Origin: an uncultured bacterium | GTDB taxonomy: Bacteria > Chlamydiota > Chlamydiia > Chlamydiales > VFKH01 | Length of the DNA stretch: 64,000 nucleotides | Reading direction: 5' to 3' | Assembly: GCA_964596685.1 (NCBI GenBank) | Contig: CAZQVA010000001.1 | Location: forward strand, 64,881-128,880 | Part shown: positions 1 to 9,152 of the stretch, piece by piece | Numbering within the stretch: position 1 is the stretch's first letter | Layout of the letters: the number at the start of each line of letters is the position of its first letter | The notes under the pieces: generated by a model | Told to the model about the DNA's origin: nothing | What the model saw: the letters and a program-made list of their open reading frames with translations, nothing else | The model's database searches: none | Made by a program: the position numbers and the translations under genes

Positions 1-77
1 TTTTTTATACTGCCTCAAATCGGCAAAATCTGTATGACGTGGATGATTGAACTGACCAACTTAGTGGACCATATCTA

Positions 78-1415
78 ATGGAAAGAACTCTCCTGTTAAA
101 GCCAAATGAAACGGTTGTTCACTCTATCCTCTATTCATTTTGCCTCTTCATCGTGACCATTGTCCTCCTGACCTCCTCGTTTGATAGCATCGGCGGTATT
201 AGTTCTGGAGTTGGCAACATTCGCATCAGTTTATTATTGATCCCCATTCTCGGGCTACTCATGCTCTTTATGGTCTTTCAACAGCCATTGATTATCCCCA
301 AAGCCTTTGGAAGAATTTGTCTATGGACCCTGATGAATGCAGTATTTCTCTCTAATATCGATTTTCATCCAAGAGCCATCTCTTTTGTCCTGTGGCTCTC
401 TCTTTATGTATTAGGTATCTTTCTCTTCACTAACTTATTCAACACGAAAGAAAAACTGATCCAAATTTGCCGCATCCACTACTGTTGCTTTGTAACGCTC
501 GCGGCATGGGGGCTCTTTACACTACTTGCTGCATTGATGGGATTATTTTTACCCGGTGTCGCCCCTATTGGAGGCATGTATCGCTTTTGTGCCTTCTGCT
601 ATGAGCCCTCTTTTTACTCTGTCTATTTAGTGACGGGGTGGACCATGGGGCTTTTTTTTGTTTCACGCCCTCAATATGCGCTTTTTACCCCCTCCTTTAC
701 CCGTATTTCTTTTACCCTGATCTCGCTCGCTATGATCTTATGTCATGCGCGCTCAGGCTATGTGATGATGCTTTTAATCCTCTGCACCCTACCGTTGCTC
801 TTACCGAAAACGGAATTTTTTGTCGCCACGAGAAAACTCATTAAAAAATGGCTAAAAATCTTTCTCACATTTCTTATCGGCATGGTCCTCATATTTTCCT
901 CTGGAACCGTATTCCAAGGCATAGGAGTAGCAGGCGCATCGGCAAGCTCTGTCGACCAAAGATGGTTGGATATGACCATCTTATGGGATATGCTCAGTGA
1001 AAACCCACTATCCGGGTATAGTTTGGGCGGTATTTCCCTAGAACTTACAAGACGCCAACACAAAGACATGAATGACCCACAAGTGGTCCGCCACCATCAA
1101 GGAGTCAATGTCACCTTAGAGATTATTTGCGCGACCGGCATTATCGGAACCTTGGTGTTCTTTTGGTATTTGTTTCATTTCTTGCCGCGCAGAAAAGATC
1201 TGGAATCCGAGGAAATTACCCACTTTTTACTCTTTGCCAATAGCGCCGCCTTAATTGCGCAATTCGCTCAACTACAAGTTAGCCAAAATATCTTGAGAAA
1301 CTATTTCTGGTGGCAATTAGCTATTGTCTCTGCGCTTTTTACTTATTGTGCACGGCACACTCTCGTGCAGCAGCCACAAATTACAAAAAATGCCCGCCAA
1401 AGCAGATACCTCTGA
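78..1415 (+). CDS. Polytopic membrane protein, O-antigen ligase / Wzy_C-like polymerase family
   Basis: The 445-aa ORF is hydrophobic throughout, with many predicted TM spans. It has a central ...CHARSGYVMMLL... segment and a later GYSLGGISLE...HHQGVN..LEIICATGIIG loop that resemble the Wzy_C/O-antigen-ligase periplasmic loop pattern. It lies directly upstream of Wza- and Wzc-like genes. Confidence 0.6.
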   Translation: MERTLLLKPNETVVHSILYSFCLFIVTIVLLTSSFDSIGGISSGVGNIRISLLLIPILGLLMLFMVFQQPLIIPKAFGRICLWTLMNAVFLSNIDFHPRAISFVLWLSLYVLGIFLFTNLFNTKEKLIQICRIHYCCFVTLAAWGLFTLLAALMGLFLPGVAPIGGMYRFCAFCYEPSFYSVYLVTGWTMGLFFVSRPQYALFTPSFTRISFTLISLAMILCHARSGYVMMLLILCTLPLLLPKTEFFVATRKLIKKWLKIFLTFLIGMVLIFSSGTVFQGIGVAGASASSVDQRWLDMTILWDMLSENPLSGYSLGGISLELTRRQHKDMNDPQVVRHHQGVNVTLEIICATGIIGTLVFFWYLFHFLPRRKDLESEEITHFLLFANSAALIAQFAQLQVSQNILRNYFWWQLAIVSALFTYCARHTLVQQPQITKNARQSRYL

Positions 1416-1520
1416 AGCAGCGATAAAAGCCAAAATCACGTTTAAATGGCTTGCTTTAATACGCATGGGTTGTTATTTTCGCTAACGTACCGTCGATAAT
1501 CAGCTCTAATTTGAGTCACT

Positions 1521-2597
1521 ATGCAAGTTTTTCTGCGCTCTATTATTCTTCTTACTTTCCTGTCTTTTCTCCTTTCAGGATGTACGACCAACTTACCCTG
1601 CGGTGTCTGCACCTATGGATTAGATGAGTTTGTCCTCGACTCTCATCGCTTACGCGAAAATCACTATGAACCTTTCACACAAACATGCCACCCCCACTGC
1701 ATGTCATTAGAAGAGATTGAAAGACGCCAAGACTGCATTTTAGAAGAGGACTCCCTCAAGATTTCCCTCTATTATAAAAAACGACCAGACATTAGCACCG
1801 CCATAGACACTTTTTCAGCAGCTGGCTTATACGAGGTCCAAGATGGCCTGGTTCACCTACCTGAACTGGCCCCTGTAGAAGTCGCCGGATTAACGATCGA
1901 GGAAGCTAGACAAAAGATCGAAACAGCTTACCGCACTAATTACAACACTGATGAATTGGAAGTATTCGCTACTTTAGAATTAGGGCATCGCCACCATGTC
2001 TATATTATCACGCGCTCTTCAATCATCTGCACCCCTGCGAAATGCGATATGCACCTTTTGGATATCTTATGTTTTGCAAAGATCAATTTTCTCGAGTATA
2101 ACCTGCAAACTTCCTATGTGCTGCGCAATCATGCGATTCTTCCCGTTAACATTTATTCCCTCCTCTACCATGCAGATCTCTCTCAAAACATCCCCATGAT
2201 GCCAGGCGACAAGGTGTTTATTGGGCTTACTTGCTTAGAGGATTCCGTTATTACTGTGCTCGGTGAAATCCGCTCTCCTGCAAACGTCCAGACAGCGGGC
2301 AAGCCTCTCTCTCTGCGCCAGGTACTCGGCTCAGTAGGAGGGATCCCCTTTACCGGAGACATGCGCTACATCCAGGTGATTCGCGGAGGGCTGCGTTGTC
2401 CAAAAATTTACGTCATTAACTGGAGAGAAACACTTCCTCTTTCTAACCAAAGTCTCTTATTATTCCCAGGCGATATGGTTTACGTTTCTGCAAAACCGAT
2501 CACAGAGTGGAACCGCTTTATTGACCAACTCCTTCCCTGCTTTGGCAATGTTATTTATGCTGCCCAAGGGGTCAATACCCTACAAGGATGCTTTTAA
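1521..2597 (+). CDS. Polysaccharide export outer-membrane lipoprotein (Wza / Poly_export + SLBB-like)
   Basis: The 358-aa ORF has a signal peptide ending in the lipobox LLSGC. PGDKVFI and LLLFPGDMVYVSAKP motifs are typical of Poly_export/SLBB domains. It is translationally coupled to the next ORF by a 10-nt overlap. Confidence 0.7.
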   Translation: MQVFLRSIILLTFLSFLLSGCTTNLPCGVCTYGLDEFVLDSHRLRENHYEPFTQTCHPHCMSLEEIERRQDCILEEDSLKISLYYKKRPDISTAIDTFSAAGLYEVQDGLVHLPELAPVEVAGLTIEEARQKIETAYRTNYNTDELEVFATLELGHRHHVYIITRSSIICTPAKCDMHLLDILCFAKINFLEYNLQTSYVLRNHAILPVNIYSLLYHADLSQNIPMMPGDKVFIGLTCLEDSVITVLGEIRSPANVQTAGKPLSLRQVLGSVGGIPFTGDMRYIQVIRGGLRCPKIYVINWRETLPLSNQSLLLFPGDMVYVSAKPITEWNRFIDQLLPCFGNVIYAAQGVNTLQGCF

Positions 2598-5182
2598 CTA
2601 TGCGTAACGCCTTTATTTTACAGGATATCACCTCCCTCTTAGCTCAAAATTGGCGCAAAATATGTTTATGTGGCTTTTTAGGAGCTCTTTATTCTACGGC
2701 ACAGTGGGAGCATCATACTCTAACATATACGGCTAAAGGTGGGTTTTTTACCACGGCATCAAGTAATTCCAGTACAAATGCCAACATCATCAAAGTACCT
2801 GTGCTCATGCCCTCTGACCCTCCTGTCATGCTTTCACGCTCCGTTTTAACGCGCGTAATTCGCGAGCTTGGCTTGCAGGCGCATATTTCTATCCCCCTCT
2901 CGGGAAAAGAGAAATGGAGTTACTTGTGGAGTGTTGAAAAACTACATAGTCGCGGAGGAAATTTTTTTAATAGCGATCAACAAATTATTCCTCCAAATAC
3001 CTTCAAAACCCCTCCCTCTTCTCCTATCTCTGTCAGTCACATCAGTTATTTAGCTCCCTATGCCACGACATTTGAGGTTCATTTCCTCGACAATGAAAAA
3101 TTTGAAGTATTCGATCAGAAAAAAAACGCGAAAGGGGTTTTTTCTGTCGATGAACGCCTTCTCATCGATGATGTTGCCTTTATCATTTCGCTTAAAGACC
3201 CTTTCTTACTAGGGGCGATGCAAGAAAAGACCTTTACCATACAATTTACCCCTGAAGATACTGTCTTTGAATCCTTGCGCAAAAATATCACCATCACTAC
3301 CTCTCCTCTATCTCCTTTAGTGCTCGAAATCACTTATACATGCGATGATAAACACTTGGTTGCAAGTATTATCAACTATCTCATGAGTGAATATAGCACC
3401 TATCAGCAGCAAGAAAAAGAGTCGATCATTCACGACCAATTGCTCTACTTAAGCAAACGTCAAGATACGGCACAAAAAGAGTTTTCTCAAGCAATGATTC
3501 AACGCTGGGAGCCGACAAAGGAGCGTTTAAAAAATGCTCAGTTCATGCATCCAGAGCACGAAATTCAATTTTTCCATTCATATTATACACAGCAGCAGCA
3601 GCGAAAAATGCTTATCGAGTGGGAGTTTGACAATATCAAGACATTGCCTACAGAGGTGTTCTTTGCGAAAAACATTGCCAGTCGCACACCAAATGGCCAA
3701 AAATTAATCTCAGAACATCATCTTCTCTGTGTCGAAAAGGATGAGCTACTCCACTTATTGGCCACCCAACAGCTGCCCATTGATGATTCAGTCGCCCAAT
3801 TATTCACCTCTAATGATGTCCCCTTCAAACAGACTCTGGAAACAGCTCGCTCAACTCATCAACAGCACATTAATAAACTGCATAAAATTGAAGACTCGCT
3901 CGTTCAACTTGAAATTGTTAAATCTACTTTAGCAAACCCCTCCCCAGGTGATATCCATATTTACCTCTCATTGCTTTCCCTTGTAGATGATCCGGTCAGT
4001 ACCAGCAAACTAAGTGAAATGATTGAAATTATTGAGTTAATGGATGATCAGCGTGATAGCACAGCGAGAGACCATGCCAATGCACTGATTTCTCTTGAGC
4101 AGAAGAAAGCGTTTCTCCATAAAAATGTGCTCTATATTGAAGAAGCGATGCTGCGCGGCAAATCGCGCTGTTACTACCAACTACAAAAATCGCGAGAAGA
4201 ACTTGTCCGCTTAATCTCGCAGCAGCTTGATAGAAATCATTCCTATATGGAACAGCAAATTGGCGAATACAAGAAGCACCTGCAGGATGAGCTTGCATGG
4301 ATTGACTCACAGATTCAAACTCTTTCCGATGAGATTGCGACATTGCCTGAAGCACTTTACGGCACAGAATATTCACACATGGAAGTTGAACGCTATAAGA
4401 ATTCAGTGATCACCCTTACTCGCTTAGTTGAGGAGAAAAACCTCTCGATTAACATGGAAAAAATTAAGTCCAGGCCACTGACAATCGCTGAACCACCCCT
4501 TCTCCCCGACCCTCCTCACCTACTCCTTAAGACCTTATTAGGTGCCTTATCTGGGATCTTAATATGTGCTCTGCTGATTCCCGGTGTACGCTGGGTAAAG
4601 GGCTGGCCTGTTAGTGTCAATGCACTGAAGGGACTTGGTTTACAAGTTGTAGGATCGTTTGCGAAGGGAAAAACCATTCGAATGGCCCACCGCTCAACCC
4701 TTCTTGCAACCCTTGAATTTCTCTCACATTCTAACGAAGAGAGACAAGTCGTCGTTACGCTTGGTTCTGGTGCTTCTGAATTTATGCAGCACCTGATTTA
4801 TTTACTGATCGAAAAGGATCCACGAATTGGCATGATTTCTATTCACATCGATCCTCATGCAACTGAAGGATGGAGACTTGAACGTGTAAAAACGAATATG
4901 CACTATGCAGAATTTGATCTCGTTCTTCCAGAAGAAAAGGCCCTTAGCTTGCTGCAGTCGATCACTCTTCGCGAGGAGATTAAAAAGTTAGCGCATGATA
5001 TTCAGTACCTCTTTTTAACTTCCCCCCTGCCCGCAAGCTCCCCTATATCCAAACATATTAGCCTACTGGGAAATAAGACAATTGCTCTTTTCACCGTTAA
5101 TGAGCACCTTAAAGATTTAGAACCCTACTCTACTGATAAAGACAACACTATTTTTGTGATGATGGAAGATGGCGAGCTTTAA
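2588..5182 (+). CDS. Wzc/GumC-like polysaccharide co-polymerase (chain-length determinant) with a degenerate C-terminal P-loop domain
   Basis: The 864-aa ORF has an N-terminal TM (ICLCGFLGALY), a long periplasmic coiled-coil-like region and a second TM (LLKTLLGALSGILICALLIPGV). A cytoplasmic C-terminal domain follows in which the expected BY-kinase Walker A reads TLGSGASEF (no GK[ST]). There is no C-terminal Tyr cluster. Confidence 0.6.
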   Translation: MLLTMRNAFILQDITSLLAQNWRKICLCGFLGALYSTAQWEHHTLTYTAKGGFFTTASSNSSTNANIIKVPVLMPSDPPVMLSRSVLTRVIRELGLQAHISIPLSGKEKWSYLWSVEKLHSRGGNFFNSDQQIIPPNTFKTPPSSPISVSHISYLAPYATTFEVHFLDNEKFEVFDQKKNAKGVFSVDERLLIDDVAFIISLKDPFLLGAMQEKTFTIQFTPEDTVFESLRKNITITTSPLSPLVLEITYTCDDKHLVASIINYLMSEYSTYQQQEKESIIHDQLLYLSKRQDTAQKEFSQAMIQRWEPTKERLKNAQFMHPEHEIQFFHSYYTQQQQRKMLIEWEFDNIKTLPTEVFFAKNIASRTPNGQKLISEHHLLCVEKDELLHLLATQQLPIDDSVAQLFTSNDVPFKQTLETARSTHQQHINKLHKIEDSLVQLEIVKSTLANPSPGDIHIYLSLLSLVDDPVSTSKLSEMIEIIELMDDQRDSTARDHANALISLEQKKAFLHKNVLYIEEAMLRGKSRCYYQLQKSREELVRLISQQLDRNHSYMEQQIGEYKKHLQDELAWIDSQIQTLSDEIATLPEALYGTEYSHMEVERYKNSVITLTRLVEEKNLSINMEKIKSRPLTIAEPPLLPDPPHLLLKTLLGALSGILICALLIPGVRWVKGWPVSVNALKGLGLQVVGSFAKGKTIRMAHRSTLLATLEFLSHSNEERQVVVTLGSGASEFMQHLIYLLIEKDPRIGMISIHIDPHATEGWRLERVKTNMHYAEFDLVLPEEKALSLLQSITLREEIKKLAHDIQYLFLTSPLPASSPISKHISLLGNKTIALFTVNEHLKDLEPYSTDKDNTIFVMMEDGEL

Positions 5183-8123
5183 TAGCCCGCCACTTTTCAA
5201 TCATTTGTATCGCAAGGGGCGCTGCTTCGCGCCCATAATCGCCAAAGCGTAAATATACAATCACGACGATTTCTGGCTTACTTGTCAAAGGATCCCCTTC
5301 GAAACCTACTGCTCCGAAGCCTATATGCTTCACCATCTCCTTGCCATCACTTCCCAAATGAATTCTTTCAACAACTTCCGCTGTGCTTGTCTTGCCAATC
5401 ACTTCACTCTGAAGTTGACGGTAGCTTTGCATAACAGGCGAATCCGCCGCAAAAGTACGAATTAATGAAGAACGCGCCGTACCCTTTTTACCAATAATTA
5501 CTTGATGCAAGGCATCAATAAGATAATTGCGGATAGCATGTGGCATAAAGAGTTGATGTAATACTTCTTCTTGGCGAGAAGTCACAATCGGGTCACTCTC
5601 ATCTCCCGACACAAAAAGCGATCCTAAACTTGGTTGCAGAACTTTTCCTCCATTCACAACAGCCGCTAACATGACAGCGCTTTGCAAGGGTGTAGAAACA
5701 AGAGTATGCTGACCAATAGAACAGGAATATAACCCTGTTTTATTTTTTGATAAGTCAGAAGGAATATTGCCAGCCAATTCTGCAGGCAAATCAATTCCTG
5801 TAACATGTCCAAACCCGAAATCATAAGCCGTTTTAGCTAATTCTTCAGGTGAAGAAATAACTTCTGCCGCCAGAAGAGCGAAATAAGGATTACTGGATGA
5901 TTCCAATGCACCTGCTAAATCAATAAAGCCGATACCTGGGTGATCACTTCGAGGAATTCTCCCCCCTTTATAGTACTGAGGAATAGCTGAGCCATCTTGC
6001 CTAAAGCCAATATTCCAGGCGGTTTTTTTAGAATTAAGATGTACATCGTCCGTGAAAAGAAAAGGGTTTAACCCTTCTGTCATCGCCTTACCCGAAAGAT
6101 ACCTTTCCTTTAACGCGATATAAGCTGGAACGAGTTTAAACAAAGATCCAATTTGTGTTGACTGCCGACAGGCCCATGAACGACCATAACCAAGCCCTGT
6201 TTGAGGGTAAAAAGCAACAGCCAAATCTTGTAATGTAGCTTTCTGTTTGCCTAAAAATGGATAGTGCCCTTGCAAAGCAGATGTCATTTCATGAAATGAG
6301 CGAAAAGAGCTCAAGTATTCACATGTTTGTGCTAATGGCCAACTCATAACACGATTTTGGAGAAAAGAGGGCGTATCAACATCGGCAAGAACTACCTCTT
6401 TCTTTAATACTTTTGCCAATAATGCTATTCCATCTTGCTGCCAGAAATTATCAAATTGTCTTTTTTCCTCTTTTTCAAGATATTCAAGATAGGGTTTTGC
6501 ATAGATATGTAGAGCCTTTTCCTCCGCTCTTTTCGTTTTTAAAAACTCCTTCTGATTGGCTTTTCTCCATTCAGCAAACTCACCCTGATGAAATTGCAGC
6601 CGGATCTGCTTTTTACATTCATCTGCCCATTGTAACCAAGTACAATAATCCTCATGGTATTGTGAAAGATTTAAATATCCACACCAAGCAATTAATTCCT
6701 CTGAAAACCTACTTTTATCGAGCAATAAAGCTGACAGATCTTTACATAACATTTGGTCGTACTGATCTAAATCCTCGGGTGGATGCTGTTGCCACTCAAG
6801 AGCCTTCCAGATTTCAACTTTTGCAAGACGGTCAATAAGTGGATGCTGCTCTGACAAAATCATTTGTAAATAACTCGTCCAAGAGAGAAATCGTTCTTCT
6901 GTTTTGCCTTTCATCACCCTATCTAACGGTATACGACGCTCCCAAATTGCTTGTAAATAATCGCGATTTTCGAGCCATTTGGAGACTGAACGCGCCTTTT
7001 TTACTTTTTCTGTTGTACTTGCTGAACGGACAAAATCATTGGGATCAAAGCGAGGATAGGAGGCAAGTGCTAGCACTTCACCAGTATTAGGATCAAGTGC
7101 AACAATTGCACCTCCTTTGATCCAGGGTTGTTTGATAGGAAGAAAATGATGTGTCTTTTTATCTACCTTAACGCTTTTACCCTCTCTAAGAGACTCATTT
7201 TGCTCTAATAGTTCTTCAGCAAAGGCTTGTAATTCGCTAGAAATGCTCAGCAAGACGCGCTGCCCATTCATCACATGTTGAGATTGTTCTTGAGGGGTAA
7301 CCTCCCTGCCCAATCGATCAGAAGTAAAAAACTGTTTCCCCCATTTACCACGCAACCGCTCTTCATAATACGCCTCTATGCCGCTTTTACCTACAACATC
7401 ATGAATGCGATAAGCATAGCATTCCAATTCTTGCAGACGTTTTTCAACATCGGCAAAAGAATGAAAACCAGCAGGAAATGCGAGGGCCTCTGCGTCGATT
7501 GACCTGTTTAAAAATTCTTTCAGGGCGCGCATCTCTGAAATCACATCGTCGTATTCCCGTTGGCTAATGGCACCTATATAACCGAGAATGTGACAGGCAA
7601 CCTGTCCTTGGGGATAACTTCTTTTTGAGCTCTCTTCAAGAATAAGCCCTGGCCATTGCCCTTCAAGCAACTTGAGGCGATAAAACTGCGACTCTGTGAG
7701 ATCCTCTTGCAAGACGAAAGGGATATGGCTTAAAAGAGCTGCTTTTGCCCAAATAAGATCCTCAATATCTTCTTTCGGCATACCTAAAATCGGTTCAAGC
7801 TGGGCACAAAATTGCGTGACGTATTCGCGACGCTCAGATTTTTTTAATCCCTTGCACATCTGCTGCCAAACAACAAGAGCGTTATATTTCACTTTATTAA
7901 CAGCAAGCGGGATATTGAAACGGTCCCGTATTGTTCCTCTTTGAGCAGGAATTAATAGGGATCGTTGCTGAGGTTTATTAGCAGCTATTAGCGCTGTTTC
8001 ATGATCAAATACGGAAAGCTGCCAGATTCTCCAAATCAAAACAGCAAATACGCATACAAGCAATCTAACAGCAATATTTGCCTTTATAGAAACGGGATTG
8101 GGAGGAATCATTGACTCTCTCAT
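5148..8123 (-). CDS. mrdA: Penicillin-binding protein 2 (class B transpeptidase), extended chlamydial type
   Basis: The 991-aa ORF has an N-terminal TM anchor and the transpeptidase motifs SxxK (GSLFK, Ser about residue 660), SxN (SSSNPYF) and KT[GS] (GKTSTAEV). Its 3' end overlaps the convergent Wzc-like gene by 35 nt. Confidence 0.9.
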   Translation of the reverse strand: MRESMIPPNPVSIKANIAVRLLVCVFAVLIWRIWQLSVFDHETALIAANKPQQRSLLIPAQRGTIRDRFNIPLAVNKVKYNALVVWQQMCKGLKKSERREYVTQFCAQLEPILGMPKEDIEDLIWAKAALLSHIPFVLQEDLTESQFYRLKLLEGQWPGLILEESSKRSYPQGQVACHILGYIGAISQREYDDVISEMRALKEFLNRSIDAEALAFPAGFHSFADVEKRLQELECYAYRIHDVVGKSGIEAYYEERLRGKWGKQFFTSDRLGREVTPQEQSQHVMNGQRVLLSISSELQAFAEELLEQNESLREGKSVKVDKKTHHFLPIKQPWIKGGAIVALDPNTGEVLALASYPRFDPNDFVRSASTTEKVKKARSVSKWLENRDYLQAIWERRIPLDRVMKGKTEERFLSWTSYLQMILSEQHPLIDRLAKVEIWKALEWQQHPPEDLDQYDQMLCKDLSALLLDKSRFSEELIAWCGYLNLSQYHEDYCTWLQWADECKKQIRLQFHQGEFAEWRKANQKEFLKTKRAEEKALHIYAKPYLEYLEKEEKRQFDNFWQQDGIALLAKVLKKEVVLADVDTPSFLQNRVMSWPLAQTCEYLSSFRSFHEMTSALQGHYPFLGKQKATLQDLAVAFYPQTGLGYGRSWACRQSTQIGSLFKLVPAYIALKERYLSGKAMTEGLNPFLFTDDVHLNSKKTAWNIGFRQDGSAIPQYYKGGRIPRSDHPGIGFIDLAGALESSSNPYFALLAAEVISSPEELAKTAYDFGFGHVTGIDLPAELAGNIPSDLSKNKTGLYSCSIGQHTLVSTPLQSAVMLAAVVNGGKVLQPSLGSLFVSGDESDPIVTSRQEEVLHQLFMPHAIRNYLIDALHQVIIGKKGTARSSLIRTFAADSPVMQSYRQLQSEVIGKTSTAEVVERIHLGSDGKEMVKHIGFGAVGFEGDPLTSKPEIVVIVYLRFGDYGREAAPLAIQMIEKWRAIKARHLPSSQK

Positions 8124-8262
8124 ATACTATACTCTTGGCTACTAGACCCCTTTTCGAAGAAGGTGATACGTTATACCATTCTGTAGAAAAGTGATCTCAA
8201 AGTCAAACACCGAAAAAGATTGCAAGAAAGTATCCACATTGCATACAATCCTTAACGCACTT

Positions 8263-8333
8263 GCGCCTGTAGTTCAATGGTAGAACCGTAGCCTTCCAAG
8301 CTACTTGTGTCAGTTCGATTCTGATCAGGCGCT
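8263..8333 (+). tRNA. tRNA-Gly (anticodon UCC)
   Basis: Manual cloverleaf: acceptor GCGCCTG/CAGGCGC, D arm GTTC..GAAC, anticodon arm GTAGC-CTTCCAA-GCTAC, T arm with TTCGATT loop. Confidence 0.9.
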
Positions 8334-8414
8334 TAATTTTCATCTTAAACCAAGACCGAAATCACATGAAACAACGTGTGATGCCGTCGTCAAACCAAAA
8401 AAAAGGGACAAGGC

Positions 8415-9152
8415 TTGGCACAACTCACTATTGAAGAACTGCTTGAAGCAGGTGCGCATTTTGGACACCAAAAGCGCCGCTGGAATCCAAAGATGAAACG
8501 CTTCATCTTTGAAGAACGCAACGGTCTTTACATCATCGACCTGGCAAAAACTCTCCACCAAATTCGCGTGGCGACTGCTGCTCTTAAAGAAATTGTCGCT
8601 TCTCGTAAAACGATTTTGTTCGTAGGCACAAAAAAACAAGCTAAAAGCGTTGTGAAAGAATGCGCAGAAGCTTGTAATGAATTTTACGTTGCAGAACGCT
8701 GGTTGGGCGGAATGCTAACCAACCTGCAAACAATTCGTCAATCGATTAAAAAGCTTGAACGTGTTGAAAAACGTGTGTCAGATGGTGGCGACGGTTTAAC
8801 AAAGAAAGAACTCTCTCTGCTTATTAAAGACCAAGAAAAGCTGGATAAAAACCTCAGCGGTATTCGCTCCATGCGCAAGACGCCTGGCCTGGTTATCGTT
8901 GTCGATCCACATCGCGAGCATATCGCCGTTGCGGAAGCCAAGAAATTAGGCATCCCAGTGATGGCACTTGTCGACACAAACTGTGATCCAGATCCAATTG
9001 ACTATGTCATTCCTTGCAACGATGACGCGCTAAAAAGCGTTAAATTGATTCTACAGGCTTTGACATCAGCTATCATGGAACAAAAGAATGACATGCACAT
9101 GCATTCGATGAAAGATGATACAGAAGTTGCTCAGGAGCAAGAAGAAGCATGA
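8415..9152 (+). CDS. rpsB: 30S ribosomal protein S2
   Basis: 245 aa. The N-terminus LLEAGAHFGHQKRRWNPKM is a hallmark of S2. It has a TTG start and is followed by tsf as in the conserved rpsB-tsf operon. Confidence 0.97.
   Translation: MAQLTIEELLEAGAHFGHQKRRWNPKMKRFIFEERNGLYIIDLAKTLHQIRVATAALKEIVASRKTILFVGTKKQAKSVVKECAEACNEFYVAERWLGGMLTNLQTIRQSIKKLERVEKRVSDGGDGLTKKELSLLIKDQEKLDKNLSGIRSMRKTPGLVIVVDPHREHIAVAEAKKLGIPVMALVDTNCDPDPIDYVIPCNDDALKSVKLILQALTSAIMEQKNDMHMHSMKDDTEVAQEQEEA

Noticed and set aside
8305-8639. 63-aa plus-strand and 99-aa minus-strand ORFs around the rpsB start
   Set aside because: They overlap tRNA-Gly and the rpsB 5' end. rpsB in the third frame is unambiguous.
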